A stretch of DNA of 64,000 bases, from contig DATDAW010000029.1 of NCBI GenBank assembly GCA_036525185.1, positions 13,162 through 77,161 of the forward strand, written 5' to 3'. The position numbers and the translations under genes were made by a program. The stretch's first letter is position 1, and every line of letters starts with the position of its first letter. Of the stretch, positions 46,569 to 59,645 are shown one piece after another. Under the pieces are notes generated by a model that saw nothing but the letters and a program-made list of their open reading frames with translations, was not told where the DNA came from and searched no databases. This stretch comes from Chthoniobacterales bacterium (lineage in GTDB: Bacteria > Verrucomicrobiota > Verrucomicrobiia > Chthoniobacterales > DASVRZ01).

Positions 46569-47249
46569 TTATTTCCGATGCAGCAGCCTTGTAATGGTCG
46601 CGGCGGCATATGCAGCGCCAAAACCGTTGTCGATATTGACGACGGTAACGCCGCTGCCGCAACTGTTGAGCATCCCGAGTAATGCTGCCAGACCCCCAAA
46701 ATTAGCGCCGTATCCTACGCTGGTGGGCACGGCAATGACGGGCTTTTCGACGAGTCCGGCGACAACTCCCGGCAAGGCACCTTCCATACCAGCGACGACG
46801 ATAATGACGTCGCAGGCGTTGATATCGTCGCGAACAGCCAGCAGCCGATGGATGCCCGCGACGCCCACGTCGCTGATAAGTAGGGCCTCCACGCCAAAGG
46901 TTTCGAGGGTTACGACGGCTTCACCCGCAACGGGTGCATCCGAGGTCCCAGCGCACACGACGGCGACTTTACCCATAAGGGGGGAGACGGCTGGCCCGTT
47001 CCACGTGATGCAGCGGGCGCGTTCGTTAAAAACCGCTTCGGGCAGCACGGACAGCACGGCGTCATACTGCTGTCGGCTGGCCCGCGTGCCCAGGACAATG
47101 CCCGCGGTTTTGGCGAGAACGACGGAAATGGACGCCACTTCATTCGGCGTTTTTCCTTCGCAAAAAATGACCTCAGGAAAACCGCAGCGTTTGTGACGCC
47201 CAGTATCGACGCGGGCATTTTCGGCATGCACAAACGACGTATGGTCCAT
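46569..47249 (-). CDS. larB: Nickel-pincer cofactor biosynthesis protein LarB (PurE-like carboxylase/hydrolase)
   Basis: GFPEVIFCEGKT, VAVVCAGTSDAPVAGEA, VVAGMEGALPGVVAG motifs. Confidence 0.88.
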   Translation of the reverse strand: MDHTSFVHAENARVDTGRHKRCGFPEVIFCEGKTPNEVASISVVLAKTAGIVLGTRASRQQYDAVLSVLPEAVFNERARCITWNGPAVSPLMGKVAVVCAGTSDAPVAGEAVVTLETFGVEALLISDVGVAGIHRLLAVRDDINACDVIIVVAGMEGALPGVVAGLVEKPVIAVPTSVGYGANFGGLAALLGMLNSCGSGVTVVNIDNGFGAAYAAATITRLLHRK

Positions 47250-47253
47250 TGCG

Positions 47254-47730
47254 TTACCTTTTCAGCCAGTAACGCATGGGCACCATCGCACTTTTTACAA
47301 AGCCATGACTTTCGAAGAAGTGCATGGCATCCGGATTAATCCGATCCGTCAACAGGGTGATTCGGAGGAAATTTTTCTGCCGGGCGAACTCGATGGCGTA
47401 CTTGAGCAGTTGAGAGCCGTAACCTTGGCCGCGATGGAGGTGATGGATGACGATGTCCTCAAGGAGGATGACAAATCCGCCTTCAGCGGTACTGATTGTA
47501 AAGAGCAAATTGATCATCCCGATGATGGCGTTGTCCGTGCGCAGAACGAAGATGCGCCCGCGATTCGGCTGCTCCATAATCAGGCGCAGACCGCGCATTT
47601 GTGTTTCGGAATCCACGCGAAAATCGGGTTCGTGCGAAAAGAGGTCAATGAGCAATTCCGTGAGTTGCGGAATATCCTCCAAGACAGCCGGTTCGATACG
47701 CGTGAGCTGATTAACCATTCCCGTGGCCAT
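47254..47730 (-). CDS. GNAT-family N-acetyltransferase
   Basis: IVIHHLHRGQGYGSQLLKYAIEFAR motif. The track start at 47799 is GTG; ATG at 47730 or 47718 is preferred. Confidence 0.8.
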   Translation of the reverse strand: MATGMVNQLTRIEPAVLEDIPQLTELLIDLFSHEPDFRVDSETQMRGLRLIMEQPNRGRIFVLRTDNAIIGMINLLFTISTAEGGFVILLEDIVIHHLHRGQGYGSQLLKYAIEFARQKNFLRITLLTDRINPDAMHFFESHGFVKSAMVPMRYWLKR

Positions 47731-47815
47731 ATCGCATAATCGCTGTAAATTGGCGAGCTGAACATCAGCCCGGAGCGTTGTTTTGACAACTAACGCCACG
47801 GTGTATGTCGGTCGT

Positions 47816-50326
47816 ATGAGCGACGAGATCCAATCAACGATTCATCAAACGGCTCAATCCAAGGCACAAACCCCTCAACACACCGCCGGACATGCCGATC
47901 CCTTCGGCTTGCGAAGCGTGGAAGGGGATGACGCGAAGCAGCTTCCAGGCGCGCAGCCGCCGGATGAAACCGGCCTAACGACATATCTTGGGCACGTCCA
48001 TCGAAACGCCGCTGGAATGGAGGCGATCATCCAGAGTGCGAAACTTACGCTTCAGCAAATGGGGCCGGGCCGTGGCGTGAAAGCGTGGTTGAAAGTGAAT
48101 AAGAAAGACGGATTCGATTGCCAGAGTTGTGCGTGGCCGAATCCGGATGATCACCGGCATGTGTTCGAATTTTGCGAAAATGGCGTCAAGGCTCTCGCCG
48201 ACGAAGGCACAACGAAACGGATCACGGAAGCGTTTTTTGCCCAGCACAGCATCCGGGATTTGCAGGAAAAATCGGACCATTGGCTTGGCCAGCAGGGGCG
48301 TCTGACTACGCCGATGGTGAAACACAAGAATGGCACCCACTACGAAGCGATCTCGTGGGATGACGCGTTTGCTCTCATGGGCCGCGAGTTGAACGCACTC
48401 GCCAATCCTGATGAAGCGGCGTTTTACACTTCCGGACGGACGAGCAACGAGGCTGCTTTTTTATACCAGCTCTTTGTCCGCCAATTCGGTACGAACAATT
48501 TACCGGACTGCTCCAACATGTGCCACGAATCCAGCGGCGCTGCGCTGAATGAAGCCATCGGCATCGGCAAAGGCTGCGTGACGCTCGCCGATTTCGAGAA
48601 ATGCGACGCCATTTTCATCGTTGGGCAAAATCCTGGCACAAATCATCCGCGGATGATGTCGGTGCTCGAGCGAGCGAAACGCCACGGTGCGAAAATTGTG
48701 GCGATCAATCCGCTGCCAGAGAGCGGCCTGCTCCATGTCGTGAATCCAAACCCGCAGGAGTACCCGAATTTGCTGAAGTTTCCGGGCAAGCTCCTGTTCA
48801 ACCGGGGAACAAAACTCGCCGACATCTGGCTGCCCGTGCGCATCAACGGCGACATGGCGCTTTTCAAAGGCATTCTGAAAGAAATGCTAACAGCGGAGGA
48901 GGCAAGGCCCGGGAGCGTCTTCGACCAGGAATTCATTCAGGAACACACGGTCGGTTTTGAGGAATTGATCGCTGACATTCGCGCTGCCGATTGGGACGAG
49001 ATCACGACGAATAGTGGCCTCACCCGGGAACAAATCTGCGAAGCTGCAAACGTCGCTATTCACGCCAAACGAATTATCACCTGTTGGGCGATGGGCCTTA
49101 CGCAACATAAGAACGCCGTTGGAACGATCCAGATGGTGATGAACATGCTACTCCTAGGGGGTAACATCGGGAGGGCTGGCGCTGGTCCATGCCCCGTTCG
49201 CGGGCATTCGAACGTGCAAGGCGATCGCACGATGGGGATTTGCGCGCGAATGAACACTGTGTTCCTCGACAGACTCGGCGCCGAATTCGGTTTTGAACCA
49301 CCTCGCAAGCGCGGTTTGGACACCGTGGAAACGATCAGGCGTATGCACGATGGGCGGATTCGCTTTTTCCTCGGACTCGGCGGCAATTTCCTCTCGGCAA
49401 CGCCGGACACTGAATTCACGGCGCAATCATTGCAAAAATGCCGGCTCACGGCGCACATATCGATCAAGCTGAACCGCTCACATCTCATTGCCGGCGAAAT
49501 CGCGCTCATTTTGCCGTGTCTGGGCCGGAGTGAGATCGATCGCGGACAGTTTGTAACCGTCGAAGATTCGATGGGCATAATCAGTTCGTCCCGTGGTCTT
49601 TTTGAACCAGCGAGCGATCAATTACGCAGTGAATGCCAGATCATTGCCGGGCTTGCGCGTGCGACGCTGGGACAGGAGACGACCGTTCCGTGGGAAGACC
49701 TCGTAAACAACTACGGTCTCATCCGCGACCGCATCGAGCGTGTGATTCCCGGGTTTGAAAAGTTCAACGAGCGCATTGTGAAAGATATTTTTTACTTGCC
49801 GAACGACGCGAGAGACCGGTGGAAGTTCAACAACGACCTTGGAAAAGCGAAGTTTACGGTTCATCCCATTCCGGATCATGCGCTTGCCTCGGGGCAGTTC
49901 GTGATGATGACCATCCGTTCGCACGACCAGTTCAACACGCATATCTATGGCCTGAATGATCGCTATCGGGGCGTTTACAACGGGCGCCGCGTCGTTTTTC
50001 TGAATGCAGAAGACATCGCTGAAGCAGGCTTGCAGGCAGGGCAATTGGTGGATTTGACGAGTCATTTCAGCGGCCGGGAGCGGGTCGCCAAACATTTCCT
50101 GGTGACGCCATTCGAGATCCCACGGCGTTGCGCGGCGACGTATTTTCCCGAGGCAAACGTCCTCGTTCCCATCGAGAGCGTGGCGCAGAAAAGCAACACA
50201 CCCACATCGAAATTCGTTATCATTTCCATAAGGCCTTCTCCTGACGCCGAATCCGCCGCACGAAAGCTGCACATCGAATCACTGGAAGCTTCCCAACTCG
50301 CCAAGCCGGGACTTCAGCCAGGCTAG
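47816..50326 (+). CDS. FdhF/YdeP-family molybdopterin oxidoreductase
   Basis: N-terminal GFDCQSCAWPNPD cluster region, MopB body and a C-terminal molybdopterin dinucleotide-binding domain. ATG at 47816. Confidence 0.88.
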   Translation: MSDEIQSTIHQTAQSKAQTPQHTAGHADPFGLRSVEGDDAKQLPGAQPPDETGLTTYLGHVHRNAAGMEAIIQSAKLTLQQMGPGRGVKAWLKVNKKDGFDCQSCAWPNPDDHRHVFEFCENGVKALADEGTTKRITEAFFAQHSIRDLQEKSDHWLGQQGRLTTPMVKHKNGTHYEAISWDDAFALMGRELNALANPDEAAFYTSGRTSNEAAFLYQLFVRQFGTNNLPDCSNMCHESSGAALNEAIGIGKGCVTLADFEKCDAIFIVGQNPGTNHPRMMSVLERAKRHGAKIVAINPLPESGLLHVVNPNPQEYPNLLKFPGKLLFNRGTKLADIWLPVRINGDMALFKGILKEMLTAEEARPGSVFDQEFIQEHTVGFEELIADIRAADWDEITTNSGLTREQICEAANVAIHAKRIITCWAMGLTQHKNAVGTIQMVMNMLLLGGNIGRAGAGPCPVRGHSNVQGDRTMGICARMNTVFLDRLGAEFGFEPPRKRGLDTVETIRRMHDGRIRFFLGLGGNFLSATPDTEFTAQSLQKCRLTAHISIKLNRSHLIAGEIALILPCLGRSEIDRGQFVTVEDSMGIISSSRGLFEPASDQLRSECQIIAGLARATLGQETTVPWEDLVNNYGLIRDRIERVIPGFEKFNERIVKDIFYLPNDARDRWKFNNDLGKAKFTVHPIPDHALASGQFVMMTIRSHDQFNTHIYGLNDRYRGVYNGRRVVFLNAEDIAEAGLQAGQLVDLTSHFSGRERVAKHFLVTPFEIPRRCAATYFPEANVLVPIESVAQKSNTPTSKFVIISIRPSPDAESAARKLHIESLEASQLAKPGLQPG

Positions 50327-50401
50327 AGTTCATGCAACGTTCCGGAAGCTGGCGCGAAACCATACGTTTTCGTCGACCAATAAGGTGGCAGCCTTTTTCT
50401 T

Positions 50402-51028
50402 ATGAAATTCATCGACCTCACACATCCGCTAGTCCACGGGCAGCCTGCGTTTCCGGCGGATCCAAAATTGAGTATCGTGCCGCATGGCACGGTTGCGACG
50501 ACGAAATACAATATCAGCCAGATCGTGATGGGTTCGCATCAGGGCACGCACCTTGATGCGATGTATCATTTCATTGATAACGGTCGGACTCTCGATCAAA
50601 TGCCGCTGGAATGGTTTTACGGTCCTGCCCGCATTTTGCGAATCCCGAAACAGGCGGGGGAAGACATTACCGTTGACGATTTCTTGCCATACGAACATTT
50701 GCTCGTCCCTGAAGCCAAGATCCTCTTTGAAACCGGTTGGGCCAGGAAATTCGGTACGCAGGATTTCTTCGAAAACTTTCCATCGCTCACGCAGGATGCC
50801 GCACGGTTTCTCGCCAAAAAAGGCATTCGCCTGTTGGGCATGGATACGCCGACGCCTGGGCGGGACTGGTATGAAGTGCATCATATCCTCCTCGGTTCGG
50901 AGATTGTTATCGTGGAGTCGCTGGCTCACCTGGATGAAGCGCCGGATACGTTTACATTCGCCGGTTTTCCTCTGCTGTTCCAAGGCCGCGACGGTTCACC
51001 GATTCGCGCTGTGGGCTTGATCGAATAA
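50402..51028 (+). CDS. Cyclase-family protein (kynurenine formamidase-like)
   Basis: HQGTHLDAMYH metal-binding motif; ~208 aa. Confidence 0.85.
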   Translation: MKFIDLTHPLVHGQPAFPADPKLSIVPHGTVATTKYNISQIVMGSHQGTHLDAMYHFIDNGRTLDQMPLEWFYGPARILRIPKQAGEDITVDDFLPYEHLLVPEAKILFETGWARKFGTQDFFENFPSLTQDAARFLAKKGIRLLGMDTPTPGRDWYEVHHILLGSEIVIVESLAHLDEAPDTFTFAGFPLLFQGRDGSPIRAVGLIE

Positions 51029-51037
51029 TCTTCCGAC

Positions 51038-52249
51038 ATGGCGCCGCCCAACTTTCGTACTCGCGACTTCTTGCTGGGCCACATCCGGCAAACCCTGGCG
51101 TTCTATCATCCTCGCTGCATCGATCAGTCCGGCGGCTTTTTTCATTGTTTTAAGGACGATGGAAGCATCTACGATCCGGTAACGCGGCATCTGGTAAGCA
51201 GCACCCGTTTCGTCTTCAATTACGCCATGGCGTATCGGCAGTTCGGCGATGTCGCCCACCTGGACGCAATCCGCCACGGGGTGAATTTCCTGCGGAATGT
51301 CCATCGCAATGCCGAAACAGGTGGCTATGCATGGCTGCTGAGCTTTGAGAACGGTCGCAAGCAAGAGCTTGATGTGACCAATCACTGCTACGGTCTTGCA
51401 TTCGTCGTTCTCGCTTATGCGCACGCGTTCCGTGCGGGAGTCACCGAGGCCGGCGACTATCTCAAGGAAACGTTCGATCTCATGGAACGCCGGTTTTGGT
51501 CGCACGCGCATGGTCTTTACGCCGATGAAGCCAGCGCCGACTGGCAGACGGTTTATCCATATCGCGGCCAGAACGCGAACATGCACACATGCGAAGCTTT
51601 GATTGCCGCGTTCGAAGCCACGGAGGATTCGCGTTATCTCAAACGTGCATTAATGCTCGCGGACAATATCACGCGGCGTCAGGCTGGGCTGGCTGGTGGA
51701 TTGATCTGGGAACATTATCACGAGGACTGGTCCGTGGATTGGGAATACAATCTTCACGATAGGACCAACATTTTCCGTCCGTGGGGCTATCAACCTGGGC
51801 ACCTGACCGAATGGGCGAAGCTTCTTCTAATTCTCGAACGCCACCAGGCGCATCTTGACCGGAACGCAAGCTGGCTCCTTCCTCGCGCCAAGGAACTCTT
51901 CACTGTGGCTCTTGCCAAAGCCTGGGACTTCGAGCACGGCGGCATTTTTTATGGTTTTGCGCCGGATGACAGCATTTGTGACAGCGACAAATATTTCTGG
52001 GTACAGGCCGAGTCTTTTGCCGCTGCGGCCCTGCTGGCGCGACGCACCGGTGACGACTTCTACTGGCAGTTCTACGAACGGATCTGGACTTACAGCTGGG
52101 AGCATTTTGTCGATCACCGTTATGGCGCGTGGTACCGGATTTTGACCTTCGACAACCGCAAATACAGCGACGAGAAAAGTCCTCCTGGCAAGACGGATTA
52201 CCACACAATGGGCGCGTGCTACGAAGTCGTGAATTTTGCCTTGAGTTGA
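51038..52249 (+). CDS. AGE-family epimerase/isomerase (N-acylglucosamine 2-epimerase fold)
   Basis: Alpha/alpha-barrel-type repeats with RGQNANMHTCEAL and PGHLTEWAKLL motifs. Confidence 0.85.
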   Translation: MAPPNFRTRDFLLGHIRQTLAFYHPRCIDQSGGFFHCFKDDGSIYDPVTRHLVSSTRFVFNYAMAYRQFGDVAHLDAIRHGVNFLRNVHRNAETGGYAWLLSFENGRKQELDVTNHCYGLAFVVLAYAHAFRAGVTEAGDYLKETFDLMERRFWSHAHGLYADEASADWQTVYPYRGQNANMHTCEALIAAFEATEDSRYLKRALMLADNITRRQAGLAGGLIWEHYHEDWSVDWEYNLHDRTNIFRPWGYQPGHLTEWAKLLLILERHQAHLDRNASWLLPRAKELFTVALAKAWDFEHGGIFYGFAPDDSICDSDKYFWVQAESFAAAALLARRTGDDFYWQFYERIWTYSWEHFVDHRYGAWYRILTFDNRKYSDEKSPPGKTDYHTMGACYEVVNFALS

Positions 52250-52276
52250 GAAGGGGAAACGGGGTATTTGGGCGAG

Positions 52277-52513
52277 ATGGCAGACAAAAACAACATCCTG
52301 CCCGAAAACGTCCCCGGGAAATGGTATGTGGACGATACATGCACACCTTGTCGCGTGTGCCTGGACGAGGCTCCCCAGCTCTTGAAATACAACGACGACG
52401 AAACCTACGTGTACTTCTTTAAGCAACCCGACGGCGAAGAGGAACTCGAAGCCGCCAAGAACGCCTTAGAGATCTGTCCGCAGCAAGCCATCGGCGACGA
52501 CGGCGACGAGTAA
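52277..52513 (+). CDS. Small single-cluster ferredoxin
   Basis: GKWYVDDTCTPCRVCLDEAP ... ALEICPQQAI cysteine pattern. ATG at 52277. Confidence 0.8.
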   Translation: MADKNNILPENVPGKWYVDDTCTPCRVCLDEAPQLLKYNDDETYVYFFKQPDGEEELEAAKNALEICPQQAIGDDGDE

Positions 52514-52616
52514 GGACGGCCTAGGCATAGGCAAACGCCGAGGGAATCCTGCGTTTGCCAAAAGGAGATGCATCGGAAGAAAGCCGATGCAGGACGTGGT
52601 TTTGACGCCCGATTAG

Positions 52617-55802
<3,186 letters not shown>

Positions 55803-55822
55803 TCGTGTATTCTGCCGCCCCA

Positions 55823-56344
55823 ATGCTCACGCCCGACGATTTTCAGTACGCCATTGAAAACACGTCTGTCATCGTCAGTCCTTCGCGCCTCATCCAGACG
55901 TTCGGAACGACGAGCTTCAGGTTTTTCCTGATCTCGGAGTTGATGGACAGTGTTGACGAGATCCGCATCCGTGAAGGACGCGTGGAAGCTGAACGTCCCC
56001 AAATTCTTACACCCGAACGCCTTTCCCATCTCCTTCTCGAAGGTTTCGGCGAAAAAGCCCGGGAGTTTGCCGAAAGCATCGAGCGTAACCCGCAGCTTGC
56101 GACGTTTCTCAAGTACGGATTCCAACTTTCCAAGAAGGACGTCACCGAAACATTTGCGCACGACACGCTCGAGGCCGTCGTCGGTCGCGTTCGCGAACAG
56201 GTTGCGGAGTCCGATGTTTCGACGGCCGTCATTCAAGGCGTCGACGAAGCGTGGGAAGTCTGCCTGCTAAAATTCTCCATCGATATGATCCTTCGATCTG
56301 CCTCGGGGAATATGGACGATTTTCGCAAGCGCGGCCTGTTGTAG
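55823..56344 (+). CDS. Hypothetical protein (173 aa), no recognised domain
   Basis: ORF with balanced, helical-looking composition, in a co-directional string 21 nt after lacZ. ATG at 55823. Confidence 0.55.
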   Translation: MLTPDDFQYAIENTSVIVSPSRLIQTFGTTSFRFFLISELMDSVDEIRIREGRVEAERPQILTPERLSHLLLEGFGEKAREFAESIERNPQLATFLKYGFQLSKKDVTETFAHDTLEAVVGRVREQVAESDVSTAVIQGVDEAWEVCLLKFSIDMILRSASGNMDDFRKRGLL

Positions 56345-56358
56345 AGAATGGCGCGCCG

Positions 56359-57210
56359 GTGAAGACAATCATCAAAGTCCTTATCGTACTCATCCTGGCA
56401 ATCGCCGTTTTTGGCGGCGCGGCCTGGTTTGCCTACGATCTCTACCTCAAACCGCGGGCGATTATCCTCAAAAAAAATTTGCCGACGCCTACGCCGGTGC
56501 CGACTCCCGACCCCAGCACAGTTCAGTGGGAAAAACTGCATGCCAGCTTCAAAACGGCTTCCGTGGCTGAGAAACAGGTGGTCCTTCAACGATTCATGGC
56601 TGCTTATCCCGACTCTCCCAAGTTCCGGGACGCTCGTGCTGAACTCGGCCAGATCAACTCCGACCACTTCTTCTCGTCGGCGCCGGGACCCGGTAAAATC
56701 GAATACATCGTGCAGCGCGGCGATTCCATCGCCCGCATCGCCAGCCACCACAAGGTGTCCTACGACACACTCATCCGGGCCAACAATCTCGACCGGCTCC
56801 TCATTCATCCCGGCGACAAATTCATCATTCCCACCGGAGATTTCAGTGGCGAAATCTTTCCAAAGACCGGCGTTTTCACCCTCATGAACGCCGGGATCTT
56901 CTTCAAAGACTATCAAATTCTCGCTGCGAATATTCCTAAAAGGCTTCCGGGAGGCGGCAAATTGACTGTAACGGACAAGGTGGCGTGGCATAACGGAAGT
57001 CCTGTGGCCTTTGGCCATAAAAACTACCTCGGCAGCACGCGGTGGATCTCGTGCGGAAGCCAGTTCACCATTTATTCTGTCGTCGAAAGACCTGCCGGGG
57101 CTCCGCCTGACGTCAACAAACCCATTGGGGGGATTCAACTCGCTCCCGAGGATCTCGAAGAGCTTTTTGCCCTCGTGAATCGCGGAATGCCCATTACAAT
57201 CGTGCCCTGA
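56359..57210 (+). CDS. Membrane-anchored LysM protein with a degenerate YkuD-like C-terminal domain
   Basis: Signal anchor IIKVLIVLILAIAVFGGAAWFA; LysM YIVQRGDSIARIASHHKVSYDTLIRANNL. The C-terminal domain has the YkuD layout but TIYSV and IGGIQL sit where HGT and the catalytic (S/T)xGC(I/V)R are expected. GTG at 56359 is a tentative start. Confidence 0.7.
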   Translation: MKTIIKVLIVLILAIAVFGGAAWFAYDLYLKPRAIILKKNLPTPTPVPTPDPSTVQWEKLHASFKTASVAEKQVVLQRFMAAYPDSPKFRDARAELGQINSDHFFSSAPGPGKIEYIVQRGDSIARIASHHKVSYDTLIRANNLDRLLIHPGDKFIIPTGDFSGEIFPKTGVFTLMNAGIFFKDYQILAANIPKRLPGGGKLTVTDKVAWHNGSPVAFGHKNYLGSTRWISCGSQFTIYSVVERPAGAPPDVNKPIGGIQLAPEDLEELFALVNRGMPITIVP

Positions 57211-57237
57211 TTTCCCTTTTCCCCCTCTGTGCCTGCC

Positions 57238-58206
57238 ATGAAAGTTCAGCCTCTCGAATTTGAAAAACCCGTCGCGGACCTCGAAAAAAAGCTCGAAGAC
57301 ATCCGGAAGCAATCCAATGAGAGCGATCTCGATCTGGAGGTCGAAATCCGGCGCATGGAAGAGAAAATCGAGGCAATGCGTCAGGATATTTTCAGGAACC
57401 TGACGGCCTGGCAGCGCGTCCAGATTGCCCGCCACACCGCGAGGCCATTTTTCCTCGACTACATAGCAAATTGTTTTACCGATTTCGTGGAACTCCACGG
57501 CGACCGTCTTTTCGGAGAGGATCGCGCGATGCCTGGCGGGCTTGCCACGATCGGCAAATATAGGTGTGTTGTTATTGGCCATCAGAAGGGCCGCAACACC
57601 AAGGAAAATTTGCGGCACAATTTTGGTAGCGCGCACCCTGAAGGCTATCGCAAGGCGTTGCGGTTGATGCGACTGGCTGAGAAATTTAAACTCCCGGTGG
57701 TTGCGCTCATCGATACTCCTGGCGCCTATCCCGGCGTTGGGGCGGAGGAGCGTCACATCGCTGAATCTATTGCGGTAAATATCCGTGACATGATGGTTCT
57801 GAAAACGCCAATTGTTGCCGTCATCATCGGTGAAGGCGGCTCTGGCGGAGCACTCGGTATCGGTGTCGCGGACAAAGTACTCGTCATGGAAAACGCCTAT
57901 TATTCCGTGATCAGCCCAGAAGGCTGTGCGGCGATTTTGTGGAAACACCGCCAGTATGCGCCGCAAGCCGCAGAAGCGCTAAAGCTCACCGCCATGCATC
58001 TGCTGGAACTTGATCTCGTCGACGGTATCGTTCCGGAACCTTTCGGCGGTGCCCATCGCGACCATGAGGAAGCTGGCAAATTGCTTCAGGCGACGGTTTT
58101 GGGTGCGCTTGACGAAATTACCGCGCAACCCATTGAATCGCTCCTGGAATCCCGTTACGAAAAATTCCGAAAAATCGGCCCTGTGCTGGAACCGGAGGTG
58201 ACATAG
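57238..58206 (+). CDS. accA: Acetyl-CoA carboxylase carboxyltransferase subunit alpha
   Basis: LEFEKPVADLE, RPFFLDYI, IDTPGAYPG, IGEGGSGGAL motifs. Confidence 0.95.
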   Translation: MKVQPLEFEKPVADLEKKLEDIRKQSNESDLDLEVEIRRMEEKIEAMRQDIFRNLTAWQRVQIARHTARPFFLDYIANCFTDFVELHGDRLFGEDRAMPGGLATIGKYRCVVIGHQKGRNTKENLRHNFGSAHPEGYRKALRLMRLAEKFKLPVVALIDTPGAYPGVGAEERHIAESIAVNIRDMMVLKTPIVAVIIGEGGSGGALGIGVADKVLVMENAYYSVISPEGCAAILWKHRQYAPQAAEALKLTAMHLLELDLVDGIVPEPFGGAHRDHEEAGKLLQATVLGALDEITAQPIESLLESRYEKFRKIGPVLEPEVT

Positions 58207-58244
58207 TTCCGTGGCTAAAGGCGCGGTGCGCCAGTTTGGGTAAG

Positions 58245-58350
58245 AGTCTTAAGTTTTTAAGTTTGTAAGTCTTAAGACTTTCAGCAAATGACGTGGGGGG
58301 CGACTACCGACGACCTCACTTGAAACTTACAAACTGACAAACTTAAGACT
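58245..58350. repeat. Imperfect intergenic palindrome with tandem-word arms between accA and the DHS-like gene
   Basis: agtcttaagtttttaagtttgtaagt (58245-58270) is complementary to acttacaaactgacaaacttaagact (58325-58350) at 24 of 26 positions. A perfect 14-nt palindrome aagtcttaagactt lies at 58267-58280. The arms iterate a ttNtaag word. Confidence 0.7.
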
Positions 58351-58357
58351 TGTTCGC

Positions 58358-59536
58358 ATGTCCCAACTGAACCGCTTCCCGCGTCTCCTTCCCACACCGA
58401 TCAAAAAAGGAGTCAAAGTCGCCGACCTTATCGACGGCACTTTCAAAGCCTACAATAGCGGCCGCCTCGGTGAAGCCTGCCGTTTGCTCACGGAAAAAAT
58501 GCTGCCGGACAATGGCACTATCGGCATGTCCTTAACCGGCGCGCTCACACCCGCAGGTCTCGGGAAAGCCGCCATCGTTCCGTTGATGAAAGCCGGATTT
58601 GTCGATTGGATCATTTCCACGGGCGCGAATCTCTACCACGACCTTCACTACGGACTCGGCATGGCGCTCCATGCCGGATCGCCGTTCCTCAATGATATTG
58701 AGCTGCGGAACCTCGGTATCATTCGCATTTACGATGTCCTTTTCGACTACGACGTCCTTCTCGACACCGACGCCTTCGTCCGCAAGGTCATCCAGGGGCC
58801 GGAATTTCAGACGCCGATGGGCACCGACGAATTTCATTTTAAGCTTGGCAAGTATGTCTTCGAGCGGGAAAGGAAACTCAAAATCCCCGAGACGTCGGTT
58901 CTCAGCGCCGCGTATCAATATGGCGTTCCTATTTTCACCAGTTCGCCTGGAGACAGTTCCATCGGCATGAATGTCGCCGCCATGTCGCTGCGCGGCTCCG
59001 GCCTGCAATTCGATGTCAATCGTGACGTAAACCAGACGGCAGCAATTGTTTACGATGCCAAATCCGGCGGATTGAATTCCAGCGTCTGGATTCTCGGCGG
59101 CGGTTCTCCCAAGAATTTCATGCTGCAAACCGAGCCGCAGATTCAGGAAGTGATGGGTATTGAAGAACGTGGCCACGACTACTTTTTACAAATCACAGAC
59201 GCTCGTCCCGACACCGGCGGTCTCAGCGGCGCGACTCCCGGCGAAGCAGTCAGCTGGGGAAAGGTTGATCCGGACAAGTTGCTCGATTGCGTCGTTTGTT
59301 ATCTGGACTCAACCATTGCCTTGCCGCTGATCACCGCCTACGCGCTGAGCAAAGTCGCCCCGCGGAAGCGCAAAAATCTCTATGCCCGCCGCGACGAACT
59401 GCTGGAAAAACTTAAAGCCCAGTACTTCAAATCCGGCAGCGTGGAAAAAATTGCGCATCGAACGGACGTCTCGACCGCCCCCAAGAAAACCGGACGCAAC
59501 CTAGCCAAACGCTCCACCGGCGTCTCGCGCCAGTAA
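58358..59536 (+). CDS. Deoxyhypusine synthase-like protein (possible homospermidine synthase)
   Basis: Family-like motifs [20 protein letters not shown] and GGGSPKNF; ~390 aa. Confidence 0.8.
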   Translation: MSQLNRFPRLLPTPIKKGVKVADLIDGTFKAYNSGRLGEACRLLTEKMLPDNGTIGMSLTGALTPAGLGKAAIVPLMKAGFVDWIISTGANLYHDLHYGLGMALHAGSPFLNDIELRNLGIIRIYDVLFDYDVLLDTDAFVRKVIQGPEFQTPMGTDEFHFKLGKYVFERERKLKIPETSVLSAAYQYGVPIFTSSPGDSSIGMNVAAMSLRGSGLQFDVNRDVNQTAAIVYDAKSGGLNSSVWILGGGSPKNFMLQTEPQIQEVMGIEERGHDYFLQITDARPDTGGLSGATPGEAVSWGKVDPDKLLDCVVCYLDSTIALPLITAYALSKVAPRKRKNLYARRDELLEKLKAQYFKSGSVEKIAHRTDVSTAPKKTGRNLAKRSTGVSRQ

Positions 59537-59537
59537 A

Positions 59538-59585
59538 CTCTTACTCTTACTCGTAATCTTAATCTTTCTTCCTCTCTCATTTCTC
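59538..59585. repeat. Copy of the tactcgtaatc...tctttcttcctc word string also seen at 28868-28892
   Basis: ctcttactcttactcgtaatcttaatctttcttcctctctc, compared with atcctactcgtaatctttcttcctc at 28868. A small hairpin cctc-tttt-gagg follows at about 59588-59599. Confidence 0.45.
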
Positions 59586-59645
59586 CGCCTCTTTTGAGGT
59601 TGTGAGAAAAAGTGTCGAATGGGATTAAAAGGGAAAGCCATTCCC

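Noticed and set aside
56233-57966. 577-aa minus-strand ORF
   Set aside because: It lies antisense to the LysM gene and to accA, which has unmistakable carboxyltransferase motifs. Its translation is Arg/Gly/Phe-heavy with no recognisable motifs. It is a typical shadow ORF in GC-rich DNA.
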